Shown here one piece after another: positions 17,221 through 26,779 of a stretch of DNA of 64,000 nucleotides. Source of the stretch: an uncultured bacterium (lineage in GTDB: Bacteria > Actinomycetota > Acidimicrobiia > Spongiisociales > UBA5794). The notes beneath the pieces are model-generated. The model was not told where the DNA came from, made no database searches, and saw only the letters and a list, made by a program, of their open reading frames with translations. The stretch spans positions 416,001 through 480,000 of the forward strand of contig CAWDDT010000011.1 of NCBI GenBank assembly GCA_963801165.1, written 5' to 3'. A program made the translations under genes and the position numbers. Position 1 is the stretch's first letter, and the number at the start of each line of letters is the position of its first letter.

Positions 17221-19258
17221 TTGCTAACGCTGCTCCTATGACTCCGATTGGTTCGAGTTCGATATCTGGGGGAAGTTCGGGGTAAGCGAGAGCCGGTACG
17301 TCGAGTCCCATGCCGCGGAGGCTCTTGGTGAGCGGTCCACGCAGGGCCTGACCGACGACCAGCGCACACGGCTTCTGGGCCCTCGCCGCTGCTCCGGCGA
17401 GGTGGTCGACGTCGATACGCACGACGTCGAGCTTGGAGGGGTCCATCACGAGGAATATCTGCCCGTCGACCTCCCGCAAGGACTCGTGCATACCGGCTTC
17501 GAGGCTGGGGGCAAGGGTCATCACTGCGAGGTGTCCCTCCGGGGCAATCCTGGCGACGATCGAGCGACCGACCGCCACCCGGGCAGCGGAGGCCAATTGC
17601 TCGGCCGACTTCGTCTCGCGGGCACGGTTGGAGATGACCTCGACGATCGGCCCAAGGTCTCGAATCGAGACCCGGTCCTCGAGCAGCTTCCTCAGCACGC
17701 CGTGGAGCAGACCGAGCGGGAGGACCTCGGTCGATACCTCGTTGGCCAGGATCGGCTCGTCGTATCGAAGGCCGTCGACAAGGGCCTGGACGTCCTGCCG
17801 GCTCAGCAGCGAGGCGGCATTGGATCTGACCACCTCGGCCAGGTGGGTGACGATGACCGAGGAGCGGTCCACAGCGGTTGCACCGGTAGCGGCTGCGGCC
17901 GCTCGGGCCGAATCCGCCACCCAGAATGCCTTGAGCCCGAACACCGGCTCTACCGTCTCCGTTCCTCCCATGGCGCGCAGCTCCTCGCCGTCGCCGAGCG
18001 GAAGCGCCAGGATCTGATCTTGCGGTGCGGTCCCCCGCCCTACCTCGGTGCCGCGCAGCACGATGCTGTAGGTCGCAGGCGGGAGCGACACGTCGTCCCG
18101 CGTTCGGACGAACGGCATCACAACCCCGAGCTCGAGAGCGATCTGGCGGCGCAGCGACTTGACCCGATCGAGCAGGTCGCCCTTCTTGCCCGGATCTATG
18201 AGATCGAGGATGTCATAGGAGAGACGCAGCTCGAGCGGCTCGACTCGCATCTCCCCCATGAGCGCCTCGGGGGCATCGGGGTCGAACGCGACCGAAAGCG
18301 TCGCGTCGGCCTCGCTTGGCTCGATAGCGTCGAGAGCTGCCCGCCTGCTGCTGGCGAAGATGAGAATGCCGGCGAAAGCGAAGAACGGGATCTTGGGAAG
18401 ACCGGGCAACATGCCGAGACCCGCTACCGAGATGCCGGCAAAACGCATGGCTCTGGCGTTGCCAAACAGCTGGCTGCCGATCTCGGAACCGATGTCCTTC
18501 TCCGAACCTACCCTGGTCACGAGCAGGCCGGTAGAGATAGAAATCAGCAAAGCGGGAATCTGGCTCACCAGACCGTCACCAACCGAGAGCAACGAGAACG
18601 TGCTGACGGCCTCCGAGAAATTCATCCCGAGGACGCCCATCCCGACGGCCAGTCCGCCGAACAGGTTGATGACGACGATAACGATGCTGGCGATAGCATC
18701 GCCCTTGACGAACTTGGCGGCACCATCCATCGCCCCGTAGAAGTCTGCCTCGGTGGCGATGCGCTTGCGTTGAGCTCTCGCCTGGGTTTCGTCGATCAGA
18801 CCCGCACCCAGGTCGGCGTCGATGGCCATCTGCTTGCCGGGCATTGCGTCCAACGTGAACCTCGCCGCCACCTCGGCGACACGGGTGGCACCGTTGGTGA
18901 TGACAACGAACTGGATGACGATCAGGATCAGGAACACGACCAGACCGACGATCACCGAACTGCCGATCACGAAATTGCCAAAGGTGTCGATGACCTTCCC
19001 CGCGTTGCCGTCGAGGAGGATGAGCCTGGTCGAGGAGACATTGAGGGCCAGCCGGGTCAGCGTCGTCACCAGCAAGAGCGACGGGAACACCGAGAAATCG
19101 AGGCTGTCCGAGAGAAGGATGACACCGAGCAGCACGAGAACGGAGATCGTGATGTTGGCCGCCAGCATCGTGTCGAGCACCGTGGCCGAGATGGGAATGA
19201 TCATCATCAGGATCACCCCGATGAGGGTCATGGGAACGACAACCGAGGAGCGCTTCAT
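17213..19258 (-). CDS. flhA: Flagellar export gate FlhA
   Basis: RVAEVAARFTLDAMPGKQMAIDADL, FYGAMDGAAKFVKGDA. Confidence 0.98.
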   Translation of the reverse strand: MKRSSVVVPMTLIGVILMMIIPISATVLDTMLAANITISVLVLLGVILLSDSLDFSVFPSLLLVTTLTRLALNVSSTRLILLDGNAGKVIDTFGNFVIGSSVIVGLVVFLILIVIQFVVITNGATRVAEVAARFTLDAMPGKQMAIDADLGAGLIDETQARAQRKRIATEADFYGAMDGAAKFVKGDAIASIVIVVINLFGGLAVGMGVLGMNFSEAVSTFSLLSVGDGLVSQIPALLISISTGLLVTRVGSEKDIGSEIGSQLFGNARAMRFAGISVAGLGMLPGLPKIPFFAFAGILIFASSRRAALDAIEPSEADATLSVAFDPDAPEALMGEMRVEPLELRLSYDILDLIDPGKKGDLLDRVKSLRRQIALELGVVMPFVRTRDDVSLPPATYSIVLRGTEVGRGTAPQDQILALPLGDGEELRAMGGTETVEPVFGLKAFWVADSARAAAAATGATAVDRSSVIVTHLAEVVRSNAASLLSRQDVQALVDGLRYDEPILANEVSTEVLPLGLLHGVLRKLLEDRVSIRDLGPIVEVISNRARETKSAEQLASAARVAVGRSIVARIAPEGHLAVMTLAPSLEAGMHESLREVDGQIFLVMDPSKLDVVRIDVDHLAGAAARAQKPCALVVGQALRGPLTKSLRGMGLDVPALAYPELPPDIELEPIGVIGAALANA

Positions 19259-20301
19259 GCGACCTTCCTTCGGGGCCGGCGCCTATAGGCGACCGCAAGC
19301 ACGGCGGCCACCGCCTCGAACAGGTTCGCCGGGACGAACCCACCCAGCTTGACCCGCCGGTAGAGCGTCCGCGCCAGGGGCTTGTTCTCGACGAGGGGAA
19401 CACCGTTACGGCGGGCTTCGGCGCGGATCTTGGCGGCGATTCTGTTGGCGCCCTTGGCTACGATCCGGGGCGACGGCTCATCGGGTTCGTACTTCAGGGC
19501 GATGGCCAGCCGGGTCGGGTTGGTGATCACGACATCGGCGTTGGCCACATCGAAGATCATCCGGTTCCGGCTCATCTCCCGGGCACGCTGCCTCCGGGCC
19601 GACCGGACCATCGGGTCACCCTCAGACCGCTTGAACTCCTCCCGCATCTCCTGCTTGGTCATCTTCATCTCTTTGTTGTGACGGACGCGGGTGACGGCGT
19701 AGTCGGCACCGGCGATGACGACGGCAAGGCCGGCGGCCCGCAGCACGATGGCCCACACCTGGTCTCCGGTAAAAGAGATAGCGTCGATAATCCCCAGCGG
19801 CTCGCCGAGACGGTCCATCCAGGCCATCAGGGGCCCCCAGATGAATGCGACCAACAGCCCTACCTTGCCCACAGCCTTGACCAGCTCCCACATGAACACG
19901 GATGCCTTGAACCGGTTGAGGCCCTTCTTGAGGGAGAGGTTGGAGAGCTTGGGCTTTGCGGCCTTGGGGGCGATAGTGAACCCGACCTGGGCGACACCAC
20001 CGGCGATCCCAAAGACCACGGCGGCGACCAGGAACGGGACCAGCCCGACCAGGAGCATCGCCAGGACGTCCCCCTGGAGCTGTGGCTGAATCGTCCCCGT
20101 ACCGGCGACGGATAGGATGGAACGAACCCGCTCCGTTATGGCGCCGGCGGCGGGAGGGGCCATGAAACGGATGGCCAGGACGAGCATGATCATCGAGAGC
20201 GCAACGCCGACTTCCTGGGACTTGGCGACGCGACCCTCTTGGCGGGCATCCCGCTTACGTCGCTCTGACGGCTTTTCTGTCTTGTCCTGAGAACGGCTCA
20301 C
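19255..20301 (-). CDS. flhB: Flagellar export switch FlhB
   Basis: KTEKPSERRKRDARQEGRVAKSQE, KMTKQEMREEFKRSEGDP, NPTR autocleavage-site variant; GTG start 20301. Confidence 0.95.
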   Translation of the reverse strand: MSRSQDKTEKPSERRKRDARQEGRVAKSQEVGVALSMIMLVLAIRFMAPPAAGAITERVRSILSVAGTGTIQPQLQGDVLAMLLVGLVPFLVAAVVFGIAGGVAQVGFTIAPKAAKPKLSNLSLKKGLNRFKASVFMWELVKAVGKVGLLVAFIWGPLMAWMDRLGEPLGIIDAISFTGDQVWAIVLRAAGLAVVIAGADYAVTRVRHNKEMKMTKQEMREEFKRSEGDPMVRSARRQRAREMSRNRMIFDVANADVVITNPTRLAIALKYEPDEPSPRIVAKGANRIAAKIRAEARRNGVPLVENKPLARTLYRRVKLGGFVPANLFEAVAAVLAVAYRRRPRRKVA

Positions 20302-20367
20302 GCACGACTCCGGTAGTCGGTTCAGCCATTCCATTGGCAACGAAGCCGATCCTTCGGCCTTGTGACC

Positions 20368-20394
20368 CTGTCGGCGGGTGCGGAGACGACGTAA
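20368..20394 (-). promoter_or_regulatory. sigma28-type promoter for flhB-flhA operon
   Basis: TTAC-N15-GCCGACAG. Confidence 0.7.
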
Positions 20395-20531
20395 GGGGGT
20401 TGTGCGACGGGCGACAGACTCGGGACATTGGTCCCTAGCCACCGGCCGGCAGCCGAAGCAGAATGGATTCTCTGCTCGAGTCTGCGCCTCGGCAGCGGAG
20501 GGAAGATACCGGCTCACAAAGGAGTAGGCGG

Positions 20532-21629
20532 ATGGCCATTGAGGTTCGCAAGGTCGTGCTCGAGAGCGTCAGCGATGCATCTGGTCTGGCGGCTCTGATC
20601 GATGAGGGCGTCTTTGACGCCGACGGGGTGATCGCCGTCGTCGGCAAGACCGAAGGCAACGGCGGCGTGAACGACTTCACCCGCATCCTGGCCGACCAGG
20701 CGTTTCGCAAGGTCCTCATGGACAGGGGCACCCGCACCGAGGCGGAGGTGAAGGAGATCCCGATGGTCTGGTCGGGCGGCACCGACGGGATACTCTGCCC
20801 GCACGCCACGGTTTTTGCCCGGGTCACTACCGACGAGCCGGCAGGCGACGAGCCCCGGCTTGCCGTCGGGTACGCCATGAGCGACGTGATCCTTCCAGAG
20901 GACATCGGCCGCCCGGCGATGGTCGCCAAGGTGGCCGAGGGTGTCCGGAGAGCGATGAAGAAAGCCGGCATCGAAGACCCGGCCGATGTGCACTACGTCC
21001 AGACGAAGACCCCTTTGCTGGTGATGGAGACGATCAACGACGCCAAGTCGCGGGGAATGACCGTGTACACCGAGGATCCGCTCGAATCGATGAATGTGTC
21101 AAACGGCACCTCGGCACTCGGCATCGCGGTAGCGCTCAGTGAGATCGACATGCCTACCGCCGACCAGATCGGGCACGACCTCAGCCTGTACTCGTCTGTG
21201 GCCTCGTGCTCCTCGGGTGTCGAGCTGGATCAGGCACAGACGGTCGTCGTCGGCAACGTGCGCGGTGCCGGAGGTCGCTACCGCATCGGCCACGACGTGA
21301 TGCGGGATGCCCTCGACTTCGAAGGCGTGTACCGCGCCATTCGGTCCGCCGGTCTCGATCTGCCGGAGCGGGCGAGAGCCGAGGACCTGGACGGCAGGCT
21401 GGTCAACGTCTTCGCCAAATGCGAGGCGGACCCGACGTCCCGGTTGCGCGGACGGCGCCAGGTGTCGCTGGACGACTCGGATGTTCACCACCACCGGCAC
21501 ATCAAGGGCGCCGTCGGCGGTGTAATCGGCGCCGCGGTGGATGACGCCGCCGTATTCGTGTCTGTCGCCGCCCTGCACCAGGGCCCGAGCGGCGGAGGGC
21601 CGGTAGCGGCCATCGTCGACGTGGGATAG
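20532..21629 (+). CDS. bar: Barbiturase (cyanuric acid hydrolase/barbiturase ring-opening amidohydrolase family, barbiturase subgroup)
   Basis: [40 protein letters not shown](G), [34 protein letters not shown]; barbiturase-type N/K/SV residues rather than AtzD R/R/SG. Confidence 0.9.
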   Translation: MAIEVRKVVLESVSDASGLAALIDEGVFDADGVIAVVGKTEGNGGVNDFTRILADQAFRKVLMDRGTRTEAEVKEIPMVWSGGTDGILCPHATVFARVTTDEPAGDEPRLAVGYAMSDVILPEDIGRPAMVAKVAEGVRRAMKKAGIEDPADVHYVQTKTPLLVMETINDAKSRGMTVYTEDPLESMNVSNGTSALGIAVALSEIDMPTADQIGHDLSLYSSVASCSSGVELDQAQTVVVGNVRGAGGRYRIGHDVMRDALDFEGVYRAIRSAGLDLPERARAEDLDGRLVNVFAKCEADPTSRLRGRRQVSLDDSDVHHHRHIKGAVGGVIGAAVDDAAVFVSVAALHQGPSGGGPVAAIVDVG

Positions 21630-21631
21630 GG

Positions 21632-22471
21632 ATGATCTGTCCCGAGACGGCTGAAGTCGAGCGATCCCCGGTGCCCGTACGGGTGCCGGGGGTCGCGAGC
21701 ACGGCGATCCACGGTCTTCTCACAGGTATGGGAGCCGAGGCGACGGTGCTCGGCAGCTCCAGCCAGGCGGCGTGGCTACAAGCGGGCAGACGAGTTGTGG
21801 TGATCTCGACCGGTGACGGCGCCCGCCTCCCCAACAGCATCCGCCTCGCAGCAAAGTATGGAGACGAGGTGCTGCGGCGGATTGCCTCCGAAACCCGGGT
21901 ACTGGTCGGGCACGGCATGATCATGGTCGATGGCATCGCCGTTACGGCAACCAGGTGGTGGGACCCCCGTCCCGCACTTCCCACGTTCACCAGCGACACG
22001 TTGACAGCTCGCCTCCGGGGTCTTCCTGCCGGAGTTCCCGGCATCGACACGGCGTCGCTGCGGCTGGCTCTCGAAGTGGGCTCAGCGGGAGGGGTCCTGC
22101 ACTCGGCGCGTTCGCTACTCGGCAGAGGACCGGGCCTCACGCCCGAAGGAGACGACGTCCTGGCCGGTACACTGGCAGCAACCCGATTGCTCGGAGAGGC
22201 ACTCGGGCGAGAGAACAGCGTCGCCATGATTGCCGGCGTCTCGCCGCCTCTGGCCGAGCTCGCCGCACTACGAACGACCGCGTTCTCGGCGGCGCTCATC
22301 GAGATGGCGATGCAGGGCCAGGTGGTCGAGTCTGCGGGAGTGCTGTTGCGGGCGCTCGCCGGTCGCGGCGATGTCGCCGCCGCCCACCTCGGTTTGATCC
22401 GACTTGGGCACACATCCGGACCTGCCCTCGCTGCAGGCATCGTCTTGGGAGCACGTTCGCTAGTCAAATAG
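21632..22471 (+). CDS. DUF2877 protein (YlbF/AllH-like)
   Basis: LLGRGPGLTPEGDDVLAG and LGHTSG motifs. Confidence 0.85.
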   Translation: MICPETAEVERSPVPVRVPGVASTAIHGLLTGMGAEATVLGSSSQAAWLQAGRRVVVISTGDGARLPNSIRLAAKYGDEVLRRIASETRVLVGHGMIMVDGIAVTATRWWDPRPALPTFTSDTLTARLRGLPAGVPGIDTASLRLALEVGSAGGVLHSARSLLGRGPGLTPEGDDVLAGTLAATRLLGEALGRENSVAMIAGVSPPLAELAALRTTAFSAALIEMAMQGQVVESAGVLLRALAGRGDVAAAHLGLIRLGHTSGPALAAGIVLGARSLVK

Positions 22472-22490
22472 GCGTCAACGGAGGTTGGTG

Positions 22491-23921
22491 ATGGTTTCTC
22501 GAGTGGAGATACACCCCGGGCGGTACCACGACTCGGTTCGCCTGATGCAGGCGAGCAAGACACTCCAGAGTGTGCCGGGTGTAACGGACGCCCTCGTAGC
22601 GATGGCGACCGAGCTCAACCTGGCTCTACTCGCCGAGATGGGCTTCGATCTGACGCTCACAGCAGACGCCGGCCCCAACGATCTCGTGCTTGCCGTGAGG
22701 GCCGACAACGAGGAGGCGATCGCCGCCGCGAACCATGCCCTCGATGAAACTCTCAGCAGCAGGGCGGCGCCCGACGGAAGCCTCGACGCGCCTTCTCCAA
22801 AGAGGATCGGGTCGGCGGCAGATCTGAATGGGGCGAACATCGTGCTGCTATCGGTGCCGGGCGAACACGCCTTCGTCGAGGCAGCCGAGGCTCTCGACAC
22901 CGGACGCCACGTGATGATCTTCAGCGACAACGTGCCGCTGGAGCAGGAGCTCGTCCTGAAGAGACGCGGCGTGGAGCGCAAGCTGCTTGTGATGGGACCC
23001 GACTGCGGAACCGCCATCGTCCACGGACTCGGCCTGGGCTTCGCCAACGCCGTGCAACCGGGACCGGTCGGGATAGTCGGTGCCTCGGGGACGGGCATCC
23101 AACAGGTTTGCTGTCTCCTCGATGATGCGGGGGTCGGGGTCCGCCATGCGCTGGGGACGGGCAGCCACGATCTATCGGAGGAGATCGGCGGGCTCGCCAC
23201 TCTCCAGGCTCTGGCCGCCCTCGACGCCGACCCGTCAGTTGCGGTCATCGCGGTCATCTCCAAGCCGCCCGCTGCCACCGTTGCCGACAGGGTTCGAGCT
23301 GCGGCCGCCGGCTGCTCGAAACCGACCGTCATCATCTTCATGGGCGAAAGCACGCTAGAGGATGGCACCACGAAGATCCTGGATCGACTCGAGAAGCCTC
23401 CCGCCACCTACAGCACGTGGCCCACCGACCAGGATGGACATCGCCCCGGTACGGTGCGCGGGTTGTTCTCGGGCGGCACCCTGCGCGACGAAGCCCGTTT
23501 TGCGGCGACGCCCGGTCTCGGCGCCATAGGAAAGCACGAGGGCGAGACCGGCCATTGTTTCATCGACTACGGCGACGACGAGTACACGAGAGGGCGGGCG
23601 CATCCAATGATCGACCAGACGGTGCGTATCGATCGGCTGCGGGCAGCCACCGCCGATCCGTCGGTCGGGGTGATTCTCATCGACGTGGTCCTCGGCTACG
23701 GAGCCAACGCCGATCCGGCGCCTGAACTGGTCCCGGCGATCCAGCAGGCCGTCGCCGCCGGAGCGGCGGTCGTCATCTCCCTCTGCGGCACCGGCCGGGA
23801 CCCGCAGAATCGGGACCGGCAGGCAGAGATGCTCCAGGCGGCCGGTGCTTCCGTGTTGGTGTGCAACGCCGCGGCGGCCCGCGAGGCAGCCCGGCTGGCA
23901 ACGATAGGGAGTCAAGCATGA
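22491..23921 (+). CDS. fdrA: FdrA-family acyl-CoA synthetase-like protein (AllF-like)
   Basis: YHDSVRLM, LSVPGEHA, VMIFSDNV, VMGPDCGTA, GIVGASGTGIQ, RGLFSGGTL, IDYGDDEYTRGRAHPMID. Confidence 0.9.
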   Translation: MVSRVEIHPGRYHDSVRLMQASKTLQSVPGVTDALVAMATELNLALLAEMGFDLTLTADAGPNDLVLAVRADNEEAIAAANHALDETLSSRAAPDGSLDAPSPKRIGSAADLNGANIVLLSVPGEHAFVEAAEALDTGRHVMIFSDNVPLEQELVLKRRGVERKLLVMGPDCGTAIVHGLGLGFANAVQPGPVGIVGASGTGIQQVCCLLDDAGVGVRHALGTGSHDLSEEIGGLATLQALAALDADPSVAVIAVISKPPAATVADRVRAAAAGCSKPTVIIFMGESTLEDGTTKILDRLEKPPATYSTWPTDQDGHRPGTVRGLFSGGTLRDEARFAATPGLGAIGKHEGETGHCFIDYGDDEYTRGRAHPMIDQTVRIDRLRAATADPSVGVILIDVVLGYGANADPAPELVPAIQQAVAAGAAVVISLCGTGRDPQNRDRQAEMLQAAGASVLVCNAAAAREAARLATIGSQA

Positions 23922-25336
23922 CCGACCTCAACGAGCTCCTCGACACCGAGCCACGCGTGGCGACCGCGGGTGCGGACATGCTTGCCGACTCGATCGAGCA
24001 GCAAGGATCCGCCGTTTCCCGCGCCGACTGGCGCCCCCCGGTTCCCGGCACGGAAGCCGCGCTGGCCGATCTCGCCGCCGACGGGCGGATAGCCGAGGCC
24101 AACCGGACCGCCGTCGACCGCATGCTGGCAGTCCGCCCGCACCTGGCGGATGTCCGAACGGCACGGGAAGTGTTCCCCGACATGTCGGGCCGGACCCTGT
24201 TCCATGCCGGACCTCCGATCGACTGGGCTCGTGCCTCCGGCCCGATGCGCGGAGCAATCATCGGTGCGATGCTCTACGAAGGCTGGGCCGATGACGCGGA
24301 CGACGCCGCCACCCGGGCCGCTCACAACGAGGTCGAGCTCTCCCCGTGTCACCACCATGGCGCCGTGGGTCCGATGGCGGGCGTGGTCTCCCCGTCGATG
24401 CCGATCGCGGTCATCGAGGATGGAGCCGGTGCCGGAGTCTCGTACGCAACGCTGAACGAGGGTCTCGGCAAGGTCCTCCGCTACGGAGCGTTCGCTCCCG
24501 AGGTGATCGACCGGCTGCGATGGATGGATCGGGTACTCGGACCGGTGGTCGCCGCCGTGCTTCACGACCACGGTCCCGTCGATCTCCGATCGCTGATAGC
24601 CCAGGCTCTGCAGATGGGCGACGATGGGCACAACCGCAACCGCGCCGTCACCTCGCTGTTTCTTCGCGAAATCGGGGCCACTCTCGTCGCCGGCGCCGAT
24701 GCCACCGTCGACCAACGGCGCGAGGTGTTCGAGTTCATCAACAACAACGACCATTTCATGCTCAACCTGGTGATGGCCGCGGGCAAGCTCGCAGCCGATG
24801 CGGCTTCCGGCGTCCCCGCCTCGAGCCTCGTCACCGCCATGGCGCGCAACGGGACCGACTTCGGGATACGGTTGTCCGGAACGGGTGACCGCTGGTTCGT
24901 CGCACCGGCACCTCCCGTGGTCGGGCTCTACCTGGGCGGATACACCGAGGAGGACGCCAGCCCGGACATCGGTGACTCAACCATCACCGAGACGGTCGGG
25001 ATCGGTGGGTTCGCCATGGCCGCGGCACCCGCGATCGTCGGGTTCGTCGGCGGCACCGCCGCCGGTGCGGTACGGCGCACCCTCGCCATGTACGAGATCA
25101 CGGTGACCGAGCACCCGGCGTACCAGATCCCCATGCTCGAGTTCCGCGGCACACCCACCGGCATCGACGCCGCCAGGGTGGTCCGCACCGGTGTCGTGCC
25201 GCAGATCAACACCGGCATCGCCGGCAAGGTGCCGGGAACCGGCATGGTTGGCGCCGGCCTCGTCGAAGCCCCGATGCAGTGCTTCGCCGATGCCGTGCAG
25301 GCGCTGGCCGGAACGATCACAAGTCTGTCTACGTAG
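23918..25336 (+). CDS. DUF1116 protein (YlbE/AllG-like)
   Basis: HAGPPI, PCHHHGAVGPMAGVVSPSM, LNEGLGKVLRYGA, QMGDDGHNRN, DIGDSTITET. Confidence 0.88.
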   Translation: MTDLNELLDTEPRVATAGADMLADSIEQQGSAVSRADWRPPVPGTEAALADLAADGRIAEANRTAVDRMLAVRPHLADVRTAREVFPDMSGRTLFHAGPPIDWARASGPMRGAIIGAMLYEGWADDADDAATRAAHNEVELSPCHHHGAVGPMAGVVSPSMPIAVIEDGAGAGVSYATLNEGLGKVLRYGAFAPEVIDRLRWMDRVLGPVVAAVLHDHGPVDLRSLIAQALQMGDDGHNRNRAVTSLFLREIGATLVAGADATVDQRREVFEFINNNDHFMLNLVMAAGKLAADAASGVPASSLVTAMARNGTDFGIRLSGTGDRWFVAPAPPVVGLYLGGYTEEDASPDIGDSTITETVGIGGFAMAAAPAIVGFVGGTAAGAVRRTLAMYEITVTEHPAYQIPMLEFRGTPTGIDAARVVRTGVVPQINTGIAGKVPGTGMVGAGLVEAPMQCFADAVQALAGTITSLST

Positions 25337-25374
25337 CCCGGTATACAATTTGTCAAAGATGGAGGAGGTTGGCT

Positions 25375-26259
25375 TTGGTCATCGCCAAGGATTTCGAGTA
25401 CCACCGCCCCACGACGCTGCAAGAGGCGTCGCAGCTTCTCGCCGACCACCCCGGCACGGCCCGAGTTCTCGCCGGAGGCACGGATCTGATCGCCTGGCTG
25501 CGCGACGGCGCGGTCGACCCCGACCTCGTGGTCGACATCAAATCCATCCCGGATCTGCACGACCTCAGCCTCGATGGCGACACGTTGCACATCGGGTCGT
25601 TGGTCACTTTCACCGATCTCATCCGCTCCGAGCTCATCGAGGCACGCGCACCTCTGTTCGCAGAGATGGCAGAGACCGTGGCTTCTCCCGGTATCCGCAA
25701 CCGGGCCACGTTGGTCGGCAATATCTGCTCGGCCATCCCATCTTGTGATGCCGGACCGGTGCTGCTGGCTTACGACACTACGGTCCACCTCGCAGGACCC
25801 GGCGGCACCAGAAGCGTCGGCATCAACCAGTGGTTCACGGGCCCGCGCCGAACCGTACGAAGTGACGACGAGATCGTTACGCATCTCACTGTCGCCGTAC
25901 CCACCCACGGTGGCGCCTACGTCAAGCTGATGCGTTACGCAGGTGAGGATCTCGCCCAGGCGGCCGTAGGCATCGTCGTGCTGCGCGGTGACGAGTACCG
26001 GGTGGCGTTTGGCGCGGTCGCCCCCACCCCGATCCGGTCGGCCCGGATCGAAGACGTACTTCGTGGAAGGCCACTCAGCGACGATCTCATCGCGGAGGCG
26101 GCTGCCATGGTCAAGGACGAGATCAGCCCGATCACCGACATAAGGGCAACCGCCACCTACCGCATCCGGATGACGGAGGTCATGCTGGAGCGTGGTCTTC
26201 CGGTGGCGAGAGACAGGCTCGATGGAAAAGGACCAGCGTACGGCACACGACTCATCTGA
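25375..26259 (+). CDS. Molybdenum hydroxylase FAD-binding subunit (XdhB/CoxM family)
   Basis: FEYHRPTTLQEA, VLAGGTDL, IRNRATLVGNIC, PITDIRAT; GGAGGAGG SD. Confidence 0.92.
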   Translation: MVIAKDFEYHRPTTLQEASQLLADHPGTARVLAGGTDLIAWLRDGAVDPDLVVDIKSIPDLHDLSLDGDTLHIGSLVTFTDLIRSELIEARAPLFAEMAETVASPGIRNRATLVGNICSAIPSCDAGPVLLAYDTTVHLAGPGGTRSVGINQWFTGPRRTVRSDDEIVTHLTVAVPTHGGAYVKLMRYAGEDLAQAAVGIVVLRGDEYRVAFGAVAPTPIRSARIEDVLRGRPLSDDLIAEAAAMVKDEISPITDIRATATYRIRMTEVMLERGLPVARDRLDGKGPAYGTRLI

Positions 26260-26290
26260 GACCCGATCGAGATGGGGTGAGAGGACAGCA

Positions 26291-26779
26291 ATGGAGTTAA
26301 CGATCAATGTCAACGGAGAGCGCTGGGACATCGATGTCGCCCCCAACGATGTGCTTCTCGACGTCCTCCGCGAGAGGGTCGGTGTCAAGAGCCCCAAGAT
26401 CGGATGCGAGCGTGGGGACTGTGGATCGTGCACCATCCTTCTCGACGGAACCACTGTCCGCAGCTGTCTCGTGCTGGCGATCGAAGTCGACGGTCATGGG
26501 ATAACCACCGTCGAAGGTATCGGCCATGACGAGCTCAGCCACTTACAGAATCTGCTGCTCCAAAACAACTCGTTCCAGTGTGGGTTCTGCGCACCGGGTA
26601 TCGTGCTGGCGGCCACCGAGCTGCTCGACAACAACCCGAACCCGACCCGACATGACGTTCAGGAGGCTCTTGCCGGCAACCTGTGCCGGTGCACCGGATA
26701 CGAACCGATAATCGAAGCGGTCTTGAGGGCGGGTCATCCCGTTGAATCGGGGGCCGACTTGCAGGGAGGTACCACGTGA
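26291..26779 (+). CDS. Molybdenum hydroxylase 2Fe-2S subunit (CoxS family)
   Basis: GCERGDCGSCT..SC and FQCGFCAPG..GNLCRCTGY. Confidence 0.95.
   Translation: MELTINVNGERWDIDVAPNDVLLDVLRERVGVKSPKIGCERGDCGSCTILLDGTTVRSCLVLAIEVDGHGITTVEGIGHDELSHLQNLLLQNNSFQCGFCAPGIVLAATELLDNNPNPTRHDVQEALAGNLCRCTGYEPIIEAVLRAGHPVESGADLQGGTT

Noticed and set aside
17402-19288. Long antisense ORFs (e.g. 17402-19288 +, 24928-26454 -, 29711-31108 -, 49520-51034 -)
   Set aside because: Shadow frames of well-identified genes in high-GC DNA, with no recognisable motifs.
20532-21629. Cyanuric acid hydrolase AtzD (s-triazine degradation)
   Set aside because: Has barbiturase-type residues (SNG, IK, FVSV), and no biuret or allophanate hydrolase is nearby.
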